From an uncultured virus (IMG/VR IMGVR_UViG_3300027631_000011) (Duplodnaviria > Heunggongvirae > Uroviricota > Caudoviricetes), in the IMG/VR virus record IMGVR_UViG_3300027631_000011: a stretch of 64,000 bases of DNA. One strand, written 5' to 3'. Below are positions 9,666 through 18,220 of this stretch, one piece after another. How positions within the stretch are numbered: position 1 is the stretch's first letter; the number at the start of each line of letters is the position of its first letter. The notes beneath the pieces were generated by a model that made no database searches, was not told where the DNA came from, and worked only from the letters and a program-made list of their open reading frames with translations. The position numbers and the translations under genes were made by a program.

Positions 9666-10826
9666 TTACCCTATATAAATTGCACGAGGAACTCTGTTAA
9701 GAGTTTGTTCCATCGCTTCTGATTCTTCTTGTTGTGCTTGTAATAATGCTTTTCTAGAAGTAGCTTCTAAGTTTTCTCTTAATTCTGTAATTAAGATTTC
9801 CTTTTCTGTGGCCGCTTCACTTCTTAAATCGGCACCATCTAAAGTTATTTCTGAGTTAGGTATTGGTACAGAACTAAACTTAGCTCTTACTGCACCTAAC
9901 ATTTCTTTAGCCAATGCTAATGTATATTTTTCAACCCACCTTCTACCTACGTGATTTATGTGTGTATATTCAATTCTATCATATTTAGCGTTTGAAAAAT
10001 CGGATACTACTGAATCTGATATTATGGAATTATTTCGTTCTGATTCTAAGACATAGTGAAAATGTATCTTATAAGTATGATTTGGTATTGGGAATAATCT
10101 AATTCTATTATTTTGAATATCAAACCCATATTGAGATTTACGAACTTTATCGTTAAATTCAATCGCCTGTAATCTTAATAAATCATCATAAAGTGGTTGC
10201 ATCATAAATGAAACACCAGGTGAGTAGTTACCCCATCCAAATGTATCCATCATTTGTTGTGAACCTAAACCAGTTCCTACGAATGGGTCAAAGTATCTAA
10301 CCATCGCAGGTGGAGCATTGTGTAACATTTTTTTTATTTCAAAATTATCTGTTCCAACTACCCCTGCTTCTAAAGATGAACTTGAATCAGTTATATCTTT
10401 TAAATCATAAATTTGTTTACCAGGTTGAGCTAAAAATGAACCTGTATAATATGTTAACGAACCACCACTACCAACTTCACTACCATAATCTTTAGATAAT
10501 GTTATTAACCCACCTAAATTTGCATTAAGTTGAGTTTGTGATAGATTAGATGATGTAGAATGTCCTTTTAAATTAAGTAAATTTTCTCTAATATTAAATT
10601 GATTTACTTGTGATGAGTATTCTGTTACCGCTTCTTCAAAACAAGCATAGAAGTTTATATCCTGTAGTTCTATATCAACTATAGGATAACCCAAACGTTT
10701 TGCACACCACCCAGCTGTTTTATCAACTGATGATTGAAACTCTGTATCGGTATCATAATGCCCAAAAGGTGTTTTACCAGCTGAGAAAGATGATGAGCCC
10801 GGCCATATTGGAATGTTTACTGCCAT
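9666..10826 (-). CDS. Neck protein / head-tail adaptor (T4 gp13-like)
   Basis: RLGYPIVDIEL and WVEKYTLALAKEMLGAVRAKFSSVPIP...LDG; AGGAG SD. Confidence 0.8.
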   Translation of the reverse strand: MAVNIPIWPGSSSFSAGKTPFGHYDTDTEFQSSVDKTAGWCAKRLGYPIVDIELQDINFYACFEEAVTEYSSQVNQFNIRENLLNLKGHSTSSNLSQTQLNANLGGLITLSKDYGSEVGSGGSLTYYTGSFLAQPGKQIYDLKDITDSSSSLEAGVVGTDNFEIKKMLHNAPPAMVRYFDPFVGTGLGSQQMMDTFGWGNYSPGVSFMMQPLYDDLLRLQAIEFNDKVRKSQYGFDIQNNRIRLFPIPNHTYKIHFHYVLESERNNSIISDSVVSDFSNAKYDRIEYTHINHVGRRWVEKYTLALAKEMLGAVRAKFSSVPIPNSEITLDGADLRSEAATEKEILITELRENLEATSRKALLQAQQEESEAMEQTLNRVPRAIYIG

Positions 10827-10872
10827 TTACTATCTCCTAATTCTTTTATATAAATATGAGAATCTTTAAGAA

Positions 10873-11466
10873 TCACTTATTTATGTACCATATCAATTCA
10901 TAAGATTTATAAATGTTTGATTTTGGTATTGTTTTTTTGTGTTTTTCCCACCCAAATGATTCTATAATTTCTTCTACTTTTTCTATTTTAGCAGAATTGT
11001 TGTTAAAATAAGAATATATTCCATTTGGATTTAATAATTTAGGAACTACTTTTGTGAATGGTGCCCATTGAGGATATTCTTTAAAGTTAAAAACATATGT
11101 GTCAAAATAAATACTATCAAAAGTTTTACCCTCTTTTATAAAATCTTTTATTATATCTTCCCACTTACCACAATACACATCAAACCCCATCTCTTTCGCC
11201 TTTTCACAAACTTGTGGATGAGCTTCTATTATATGATGTTCTTTTGGATTGTGATTTCTAATGTATGTATCTATGATTCCTAAACCAAATCCTACATTTA
11301 AAACAGAACCACTATTGGAACATAAAATATCCGCTGATTCCTTCATCAACTCAGATTCATTGGTTGACATAATTGGTTGATATCCATTAAAATGTTGAGT
11401 TTCTAATAGTTCAGTTTTTGTAAATACAACAGGACCTTCTAAATATTCTTTTAATCCATACATCAT
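10873..11466 (-). CDS. Class I SAM-dependent methyltransferase, Rmt2/guanidinoacetate methyltransferase-like
   Basis: VLNVGFGLGIID (motif I), HHIIEAHP, GKWED, FDSIYFDTY and LLNPNGIYSYFN. Confidence 0.8.
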   Translation of the reverse strand: MMYGLKEYLEGPVVFTKTELLETQHFNGYQPIMSTNESELMKESADILCSNSGSVLNVGFGLGIIDTYIRNHNPKEHHIIEAHPQVCEKAKEMGFDVYCGKWEDIIKDFIKEGKTFDSIYFDTYVFNFKEYPQWAPFTKVVPKLLNPNGIYSYFNNNSAKIEKVEEIIESFGWEKHKKTIPKSNIYKSYELIWYINK

Positions 11467-11532
11467 AACTTGTTCATTATCAATCAGTTACACTATCACT
11501 ATCATCACAATACGTTGATTATCAGATAGTTA
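11466..11532. promoter_or_regulatory. Cluster of IHF-consensus-like sites (two imperfect palindromes 42 bp apart)
   Basis: TATCAATCAGTTA (+, 11478-11490), TATCAGATAGTTA (+, 11520-11532) and AATCAACGTATTG (-, 11508-11520) fit WATCARNNNNTTR; a fourth minus-strand site has one mismatch. Confidence 0.45.
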
Positions 11533-11976
11533 CCTTCCACAACTGAAAGAATCTACAATCTCTCCATCTTCATTTACAACCCAACCACTATTTGAGAATA
11601 CATATTTGTAATATCCACCTGCGGCTGTTTCAGAACCCTCTTCATCAGCATAAAGTTGTAAATCTACATCAACTTCTTCTGTTTCATCATAGTAAACTGT
11701 TACACTAGATTCTGATTCACATTTACTTCCTTCATCTTCGGAATAGTAGAAAACAATACTTGTATATGATGTACCAGAAGTGGAATGATTGTATGAGTAC
11801 CATTCACTCATTTGATGAGGTGTTGATGAATTTGGTTTTGAAGTAGAGTTCGAATTAATAGAAACATGAGCTCCGGTATTTAAACTTGTTAGAGATGTAT
11901 TAGATGAAGTAGATGTTCTACCCAACTCCGTATTAATTTGACTTACTGATATTGTACCTGATGATGCTAATGCCAT
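11530..11976 (-). CDS. Tail fibre tip / adhesin-associated small protein
   Basis: MALASSGTISVSQINTELG...PHQMSEWYSY N-terminus typical of ORFs coupled to S74-domain fibre genes; TAATG overlap at 11976. Confidence 0.6.
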   Translation of the reverse strand: MALASSGTISVSQINTELGRTSTSSNTSLTSLNTGAHVSINSNSTSKPNSSTPHQMSEWYSYNHSTSGTSYTSIVFYYSEDEGSKCESESSVTVYYDETEEVDVDLQLYADEEGSETAAGGYYKYVFSNSGWVVNEDGEIVDSFSCGR

Positions 11977-14579
11977 TATTTACCTCTTTTTAATTCTTCA
12001 ATTTCTGATTTTAATTCTTTTATTGATTCAATCAATAATGGAACTAATTTTTCGTATTGTACCGTTAGATAATTTTCACCTGATATAGAACCATCTTCAC
12101 CATCGTTATCAAATGGTGCTCTTTTAACTGCTTCTGGTAATACACTTTCAACATCTTGTGCAAACACACCTACCATTGATTCTTCTTTATCAAATCCCGC
12201 AATTTTGTTTGCCGTTTCGTTCCAATTATAAGTGAAACCAGATAGTTTATCTAATTTATCTAAAGGAGTTTCAATTACTTTAATATTTTCTTTTAATCTT
12301 TTATCAGATGAGTATGCAACAATATCATTTGATGCATCAATTCTACCATTAGTAGTAGATGCGTTTACGTTCACACCCAATGCTCCACTATTAACTTTCA
12401 TACCATTCGAATTGATAGTTAATCGTTGAGTACCACCTGTTGTGGCAGCAATTGTATCTGTAGTGGAACAATAGAATCCTGTATTATTATCACCAACAAA
12501 ACTAAACGCTGGAGCTGATGATGAACCATCACCAGTTCTAACTCTACCACCTGTAGAACCATCCACCCCTGCCACTAAAGTTACTCCATCAAATGTTAAA
12601 TCGGATTGAGATGAAATATTTGTACTAGTCGACCATGTTGCGATTCTGTTCGATGAACCAGTTCCAGTTACAGTACCACTATTAGTTGTATATCCTGCAC
12701 CATTCGTTAATTGATTGTTATTGGTTACGTTGGTTGCTGATGTAGCGATACCATCTAATTTAGATTTTAGAGTAGTAGTGAAATTCTTTTGTGTTAATCC
12801 CCCATCACCTACTGAATATGTTGTGTTATTATCGGTTGATGTAATTGTAATTGCACCAGTTTCACCATCTTGTGTAAGAGTTACGTTAGTTCCACCTATG
12901 AAATCAACTTTTCCACCACTTGAAACTCCTAAAGCTTCACCACCATCAATTCCAACTCCAAATTCAAAGTTATTTGCAGATGCCGCAATACCATCTAATT
13001 TATTTTTTAGAGTTGTTGTGAAGTTCTTTTGTGTTAAACCACCATCTCCTACAGAGTAAGTGGTGTTGTTATCAGTAGATGAGATTGTTACTTTTTGAGT
13101 AGATGAATCAAATGCTACTGATGTTGCTCCACTACCAGCGAATCTAATTTCTTCATTTTCCGTTACTGTAAATTGGTCTGTTCCAGCAGAGTTAGCGATT
13201 TTAAATCCATCACCCATATCAACGGTATTTGTAAATGATGTTATGTACCCTGCACCATTTGTTAATTGGTTGTTATTAGTAACATTAGTTGCTGATGTAG
13301 CGATTCCATCTAACTTAGTTTTTAATGTTGATGTGAAGTTCTTTTGAGTTAAACCACCATCACCAACTGAATATGTTGTGTTATTATCGGTTGATGAAAT
13401 TGTTACTTTTTGAGTTTCTGCATCAAATGCTACAGAAGTAGCACCACTACCAGCGAATCTAACCTCTTCGTTTTCTGTTACTGTAAATTGGTCTTCACCA
13501 TCTGAATTGGCGATTATGAATCCATCACCCATATCAACAGTATTTGTATCAGTATATGAAGTGATATACCCAGCACCATTCGTTAGTTGGTTGTTATTAG
13601 TTGGGATTGTAGTTGAGTTATAAGCGTTACTTCCAAATATCTCAGAAAATCTTTTTCTTCTTTGAGCTCCATTATCTAAAAGAACTATTTCATCCACAGT
13701 TGCTGAAACACCAGCTGTCATATCAGTAAGTTCTGATAAATCTACGTTAAATGTAGTACCACTTAAATCTAAAAGTGAACCTGGTGAATAAGTTGTGTTT
13801 GTAAACGAAGTAATGTATCCTGCTCCGTTAGTTATTTGGTTATTATTCGTTACGTTAGTTGCAGATGCCGCAATTCCATCTAATTTATTTTTTAGAGTAG
13901 TAGTGAAATTCTTTTGTGTTAATCCCCCATCACCAACTGAATATGTTGTGTTATTATCGGTTGATGAAATTGTTACTTTTTGAGTTTCTGCATCAAATGC
14001 TACTGATGTTGCTCCACTACCAGCGAATCTAACCTCTTCATTTTCTGTTATTGTAAATTGGTCTTCACCATCTGAATTGGCGATTATGAATCCATCACCC
14101 ATATCGATAGTATTGGTATCAGTATATGATGTTATGTACCCTGCACCATTTGTTAATTGGTTGTTATTAGTAACATTAGTTGCTGATGCCGCAATTCCAT
14201 CTAATTTATTTTTTAAAGTAGTGGTAAAGTTCTTTTGTGTTAAACCACCATCACCTACAGAGTAAGTGGTGTTGTTATCTGTCCAAGGAACGTTAACAAA
14301 CATTTTCTCTGAGGATAATTCTACAGGATAGTTTTTACCTGATTCCGTAAATCCAATTTTAACACCACCTCTTGTACCTGATGCTGCTAACGGTAATGAA
14401 TAATTATTATATGTGTTTGAGTTAAATGCGTTTGAACCTAATTCTCTAGTTCCCACTACCCCACTACTATTAATCATTAGTGAAGTACCCTCAGAAGATT
14501 GTCCTGAAGTTCCTGTTAGTTTTAGTGTTGTTAGTTCTGCAGATGAACCACTAACTATTACTTTTTTCCAATTTGGCAT
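11976..14579 (-). CDS. Tail fibre protein with C-terminal intramolecular chaperone (peptidase S74-type) domain
   Basis: Thr/Gly/Asn-rich repeats; C-terminal SSDKRLKENI...GVFAQDVESVLPEAV...YEKLVPLLIESIKEL. Confidence 0.85.
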   Translation of the reverse strand: MPNWKKVIVSGSSAELTTLKLTGTSGQSSEGTSLMINSSGVVGTRELGSNAFNSNTYNNYSLPLAASGTRGGVKIGFTESGKNYPVELSSEKMFVNVPWTDNNTTYSVGDGGLTQKNFTTTLKNKLDGIAASATNVTNNNQLTNGAGYITSYTDTNTIDMGDGFIIANSDGEDQFTITENEEVRFAGSGATSVAFDAETQKVTISSTDNNTTYSVGDGGLTQKNFTTTLKNKLDGIAASATNVTNNNQITNGAGYITSFTNTTYSPGSLLDLSGTTFNVDLSELTDMTAGVSATVDEIVLLDNGAQRRKRFSEIFGSNAYNSTTIPTNNNQLTNGAGYITSYTDTNTVDMGDGFIIANSDGEDQFTVTENEEVRFAGSGATSVAFDAETQKVTISSTDNNTTYSVGDGGLTQKNFTSTLKTKLDGIATSATNVTNNNQLTNGAGYITSFTNTVDMGDGFKIANSAGTDQFTVTENEEIRFAGSGATSVAFDSSTQKVTISSTDNNTTYSVGDGGLTQKNFTTTLKNKLDGIAASANNFEFGVGIDGGEALGVSSGGKVDFIGGTNVTLTQDGETGAITITSTDNNTTYSVGDGGLTQKNFTTTLKSKLDGIATSATNVTNNNQLTNGAGYTTNSGTVTGTGSSNRIATWSTSTNISSQSDLTFDGVTLVAGVDGSTGGRVRTGDGSSSAPAFSFVGDNNTGFYCSTTDTIAATTGGTQRLTINSNGMKVNSGALGVNVNASTTNGRIDASNDIVAYSSDKRLKENIKVIETPLDKLDKLSGFTYNWNETANKIAGFDKEESMVGVFAQDVESVLPEAVKRAPFDNDGEDGSISGENYLTVQYEKLVPLLIESIKELKSEIEELKRGK
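12690..14285 (-). repeat. Internal fibre repeats: 5x TTYSVGDGGLTQKNFTxTLKxKLDGIA and 3x DMGDGF...QKVTISSTD
   Basis: Visible in the translation and as near-identical DNA blocks. Confidence 0.9.
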
Positions 14580-14594
14580 AATTTCTTTTCCTTT

Positions 14595-14660
14595 TAGTTA
14601 CGGTTGGTTACTTATATTTTATAAGCCCACTTCCCCAATGTGGGGCCAATATCCAAAGAT
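14595..14660 (-). ncRNA. Candidate structured cis-regulatory 5' leader RNA (family unassigned)
   Basis: GC-rich island TTGG-CCCCACATTGGGG-AAGTGGG-CTTATAAAATATAAG-TAA-CCAA between an ATATTTAT motif and the fibre ATG; folds by eye into a three-way junction. Confidence 0.45.
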
Positions 14661-14696
14661 ATGTATTAATAAATATGTAATTATTTTTTATTAAAC

Positions 14697-14727
14697 AAAA
14701 AACCCCCACATTTCTGTGAGGGTTTTT
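14697..14727 (-). terminator. Intrinsic terminator
   Basis: Minus strand AAACCCTCACA-GAAA-TGTGGGGGTTT followed by a T run; near-copy of the 4852 terminator. Confidence 0.85.
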
Positions 14728-14739
14728 AAAGTTTATTGA

Positions 14740-14931
14740 TTATGGTTTAAGAAGTTGTTGAAGTTTGACGGCCGTTTCATAAACTATCTGAACATCCTTT
14801 CCTTTAAAGTCAGAGTTGGCGATAAGATTTAAGAGGAACTCTACCTCTATCTTCGTTAATGATAATTCAATCTGTTTATCGTTACTTACCGTATTCTTTA
14901 TACTACTTCTTATTTTTTTAAATTCTGCCAT
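14740..14931 (-). CDS. Small hypothetical protein between two paralogous fibre genes (possible fibre chaperone)
   Basis: The ORF track starts at 14958; MAEFKK at 14931 is an equally plausible start. Helical EVEFLLNLIANSDFKGKDVQIVYETAVKLQ. Confidence 0.6.
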   Translation of the reverse strand: MAEFKKIRSSIKNTVSNDKQIELSLTKIEVEFLLNLIANSDFKGKDVQIVYETAVKLQQLLKP

Positions 14932-14968
14932 AATCTTTTTTAAAACTTTTTTAAACATTAATAATATA

Positions 14969-16702
14969 CTATGCGTAAATGTAAATTACATCATTTGTAG
15001 AATCTACAAATACATTACCAAGTTGTTGTTGACCTGTATTAACACCAGTTAAACCTTCATCAGAGTTATGTACTGTTACCGCAAAAGAATCAGATGTTAT
15101 TGATGTTTGTCCTTCAGTTGCTCCTGAGTAATCAAATGCCCATCTACCAGCTGAATTATCCCAACCAAAAGCTGCACCAGCACCTTCAACAACTAAACCA
15201 CCATCGGCAGCAGAACCACCATCGTTTAAGTTAATGAATTGGTCTGTTACATTTAAGTTTGCTGTATCAACAGTAGTAGTTGTACCACTTACAGTTAAGT
15301 TACCACTTACAGTTACACCACCAGTAAAGGTAGCAGTATCTGATGATTGATTACCAATTGTAAAGTTACCACCTAAATCAGAGTCTAATAACCCAATAAT
15401 CTCAGTAGCTGTTTGGTCTGCAGTTGCAGAAGATTCAATACCATTTAATTTACTATGGTCAGCATTTGTAAAGTTATTTTGAGTTAATCCACCATCACCA
15501 ACTGATAATCCATGTGCTGATGTAATTGTAACTGCACCACCTACTGCTTGTGAAAGAGATACATTAGTTCCACCTATCAAACTAACCGTTCCACCACTTG
15601 AAACTCCTATAGCTTCACCACCATCAATATCTACGCCGATTGAGAAGTTATTTGCTGAAGCAGCGATACCATCTAATTTAGATTTTAGAGTTGTAGTAAA
15701 GTTTTTCTGAGTTAAACCACCATCTCCAACAGATGGGTTAACTTCTGCACCTGTCGCAATACCATTTAATTTAGTATGGTCAGCATCTGTAAATACATTT
15801 GAATCAGTTGCCGCTTCTACTGCCGCTCTAATTTCTGCATCACTTTGGTCTGCAGTTGCAGAAGATTCAATACCATTTAATTTACTATGGTCGGCGTTTG
15901 TAAAGTTATTCTGAGATAAACCACCATCACCAACAGAATATTCTGTATTTGCGGATGCGATTGTAATTGCACCACCTACTGCTTGTGTAAGAGTTACGTT
16001 AGTTCCACCTATGAAATCTTGTGTTCCACCGCTTGAAACTCCTATAGCTTCACCACCATCAATTCCATTTCCAAATGAGAAGTTATTTGCTGAAGCAGCG
16101 ATGCCATCTAATTTAGTTTTTAGAGTTGTTGTGAAATTCTTTTGTGTTAATCCACCATCTCCAACAGATGGGTTAACCTCTGCACCTGCCGCAATACCAT
16201 CTAATTTAGTTTTATCACCATTAGCGAAAGCACCTTCTGATGGTTTAACTTGTAGTGTTGAGATTGTTACAGCCTTAATACCAGCTAAATCAGTTACTTC
16301 TGTATCCATTAATGCACCTGCTGAAGTTACATTTGTTGTATCTGTTACATCTGCACTTGCCTCTACACCATCTAATTTATTTTTTAGAGCTGTTGTGAAA
16401 TCATTAGCGGTTGTTTGTGATACAGATACCGTTCCGTCAGATACCGATAAACCAGTACCTACAATTACACCACCTAGTGTTGAATCTGTTGCATTACCTA
16501 AACTAAAGTTGTTTGCACTTGTTGCAATTCCATCTAATTTATTCTTTAAAGCGGTAGTGAAGTTATTATCTGAAACCCCACTAATACCCGTTATTCCAGA
16601 ACCATCACCCGCAAACGCATTTGCTGTGACTGTTCCGTCTACTGAAATTGCACTGAATTCAGGTGATGAACCAGATACAATTACTTTTTTCCATTCTGCC
16701 AT
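14969..16702 (-). CDS. Tail fibre-like structural protein
   Basis: N-terminus MAEWKKVIVSGSS is paralogous to MPNWKKVIVSGSS (14579); contains KLDGI and SVGDGGL repeats and GNLTVSGTTTTVDTANLNVTDQFINLN. Confidence 0.8.
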   Translation of the reverse strand: MAEWKKVIVSGSSPEFSAISVDGTVTANAFAGDGSGITGISGVSDNNFTTALKNKLDGIATSANNFSLGNATDSTLGGVIVGTGLSVSDGTVSVSQTTANDFTTALKNKLDGVEASADVTDTTNVTSAGALMDTEVTDLAGIKAVTISTLQVKPSEGAFANGDKTKLDGIAAGAEVNPSVGDGGLTQKNFTTTLKTKLDGIAASANNFSFGNGIDGGEAIGVSSGGTQDFIGGTNVTLTQAVGGAITIASANTEYSVGDGGLSQNNFTNADHSKLNGIESSATADQSDAEIRAAVEAATDSNVFTDADHTKLNGIATGAEVNPSVGDGGLTQKNFTTTLKSKLDGIAASANNFSIGVDIDGGEAIGVSSGGTVSLIGGTNVSLSQAVGGAVTITSAHGLSVGDGGLTQNNFTNADHSKLNGIESSATADQTATEIIGLLDSDLGGNFTIGNQSSDTATFTGGVTVSGNLTVSGTTTTVDTANLNVTDQFINLNDGGSAADGGLVVEGAGAAFGWDNSAGRWAFDYSGATEGQTSITSDSFAVTVHNSDEGLTGVNTGQQQLGNVFVDSTNDVIYIYA

Positions 16703-16825
16703 TTTTTTTCCTCTTTATTTTTGTTAAAATTTGAATGTTGAGTAGTTTTTACTCATTGTTAATATATGTTAATATAACTATGTTATCTTATTCTTTTTAT
16801 AAATATTATTTTTAAAAGTATTACA

Positions 16826-17218
16826 CTATAAATATATGAAAAAATTACTTCCACTTACTGCCAAAGAACCATCGACTCCTGATGGTAATGTAGCTGATGG
16901 TTTTATTATCAATGTTCCTTGATTATTTATATTTATCTTATCTACCCCACCTACTCTGACTGTTAATACATCTGCAGATGGAGATTGGTTTGAAATTAGA
17001 GATAGTGATGATGTCATAGCACCCACTAAGTTTACTGAACCTGTGATTTCTGAATTAGTAGTTACTATAGATTCTATAGAGGTAGAACCATCTACATCTT
17101 TTTTAAAGAATAACTTACCATCATATGTATTTACTGCCAATTCACCTAATGATAAACTACCTGCATCTGGTACACTCGATTGAGTACTACTTCGTTTTAA
17201 TCTTATTTTCTGAGCCAC
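16826..17218 (-). CDS. Small fibre-associated protein with an Mtd/hyaluronidase-type N-terminal attachment motif
   Basis: GTG start with GAGG SD; IRLKRS...VP...LSLGELAVNTYDGKLFFK. Confidence 0.65.
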   Translation of the reverse strand: MAQKIRLKRSSTQSSVPDAGSLSLGELAVNTYDGKLFFKKDVDGSTSIESIVTTNSEITGSVNLVGAMTSSLSLISNQSPSADVLTVRVGGVDKININNQGTLIIKPSATLPSGVDGSLAVSGSNFFIYL

Positions 17219-17251
17219 GTTATTATTCCTCTAATTTAATAATTATCTTTT

Positions 17252-18190
17252 TTAAAATGTTCCACCATCTAATTCACCTGTAAATGAGATAGAACCAGAT
17301 ATTACTAATGAACCTGTCATTTGATGTATATCTGTTATTTCATCACCAAATATAGTAGAACCTGTTGCAAATGCTATAGATTGAGATACTATATTAGTTA
17401 CCACTTCGTTTGCTGTTAATTTTCCAACTGTTATATCTTGTCCATCTAACCCACTAACTATTTGTGAAGAATTACTAATCAATGGAATCCAATTACCACT
17501 ATGTGCGAAATATCCCAAACCAGTCGCATGAACGTGAGCGAACATTCCATGATATGTTGATGCTGATGGTAAATCAGATAATTGAGAATAAACATTACCA
17601 AATAAAACTTTATTACCACCCATATCTAAATCAGCTGATGTAATGTGAGTTACAGATTGTGCCGAACCACTAACAGTTCCAGCAGGTACTGAAGTTAAAT
17701 AAGATTGTAAATCACTAATTTGTGATTCTGTAACCGTTACTTGTGATGAACCACTTACTAATCCACTTGGAACATTAGTAAGTTGTGTAAAATCAGATGT
17801 TCCACCACCACCACCACTACCAAACCCACTTGATGCGGCTGATGCTGATATGTATGAATCATTTATTACTGAAGTTATCTGTGCTGATGAACTTACAGTT
17901 CCACTTGGAACTGAACCACCACCACCACCAAATGAAAATGATGAAAAAGCTATAGTATCTTCAAATGTACTTACATAATCTGCGGCTGTTATTGTAGCTT
18001 GGTATAAAGAAGCACTATCTTGAACATATACAATTTGTTTATCTGTAAAATAATTAATTGATGTTGTGTTCATTGCATTTGCAGTAGCGTAAACTTTAAA
18101 AGCTCCTTTAACTCTATCTATTTCGGCCAGTACAATATTACTTGTTTTGGCAGTACTTGATAATTGTAATTGTGAACTAAAACTTGGCAT
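17252..18190 (-). CDS. Ser/Gly-rich virion fibre-like protein
   Basis: Shares SYISASAASSGFG, DFTQLTNVP and ESQISDLQSYLTS blocks with the 1626-aa neighbour; ends LDGGTF. Confidence 0.7.
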   Translation of the reverse strand: MPSFSSQLQLSSTAKTSNIVLAEIDRVKGAFKVYATANAMNTTSINYFTDKQIVYVQDSASLYQATITAADYVSTFEDTIAFSSFSFGGGGGSVPSGTVSSSAQITSVINDSYISASAASSGFGSGGGGGTSDFTQLTNVPSGLVSGSSQVTVTESQISDLQSYLTSVPAGTVSGSAQSVTHITSADLDMGGNKVLFGNVYSQLSDLPSASTYHGMFAHVHATGLGYFAHSGNWIPLISNSSQIVSGLDGQDITVGKLTANEVVTNIVSQSIAFATGSTIFGDEITDIHQMTGSLVISGSISFTGELDGGTF

Positions 18191-18220
18191 ACTCTATATC
18201 TTCCTTTTTTTCATTTATTA

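Noticed and set aside
11530..16702. Diversity-generating retroelement or invertible shufflon acting on the fibre genes
   Set aside because: No reverse transcriptase or invertase is in the window, all repeats are coding and direct, and I saw no adenine-specific TR/VR pair.
16703..16800. Leader of the 577-aa fibre gene with a TGAGTA/TACTCA hairpin and two TATTAACA repeats
   Set aside because: The elements are short and AT-rich, do not resemble the 14600 leader, and could be chance.
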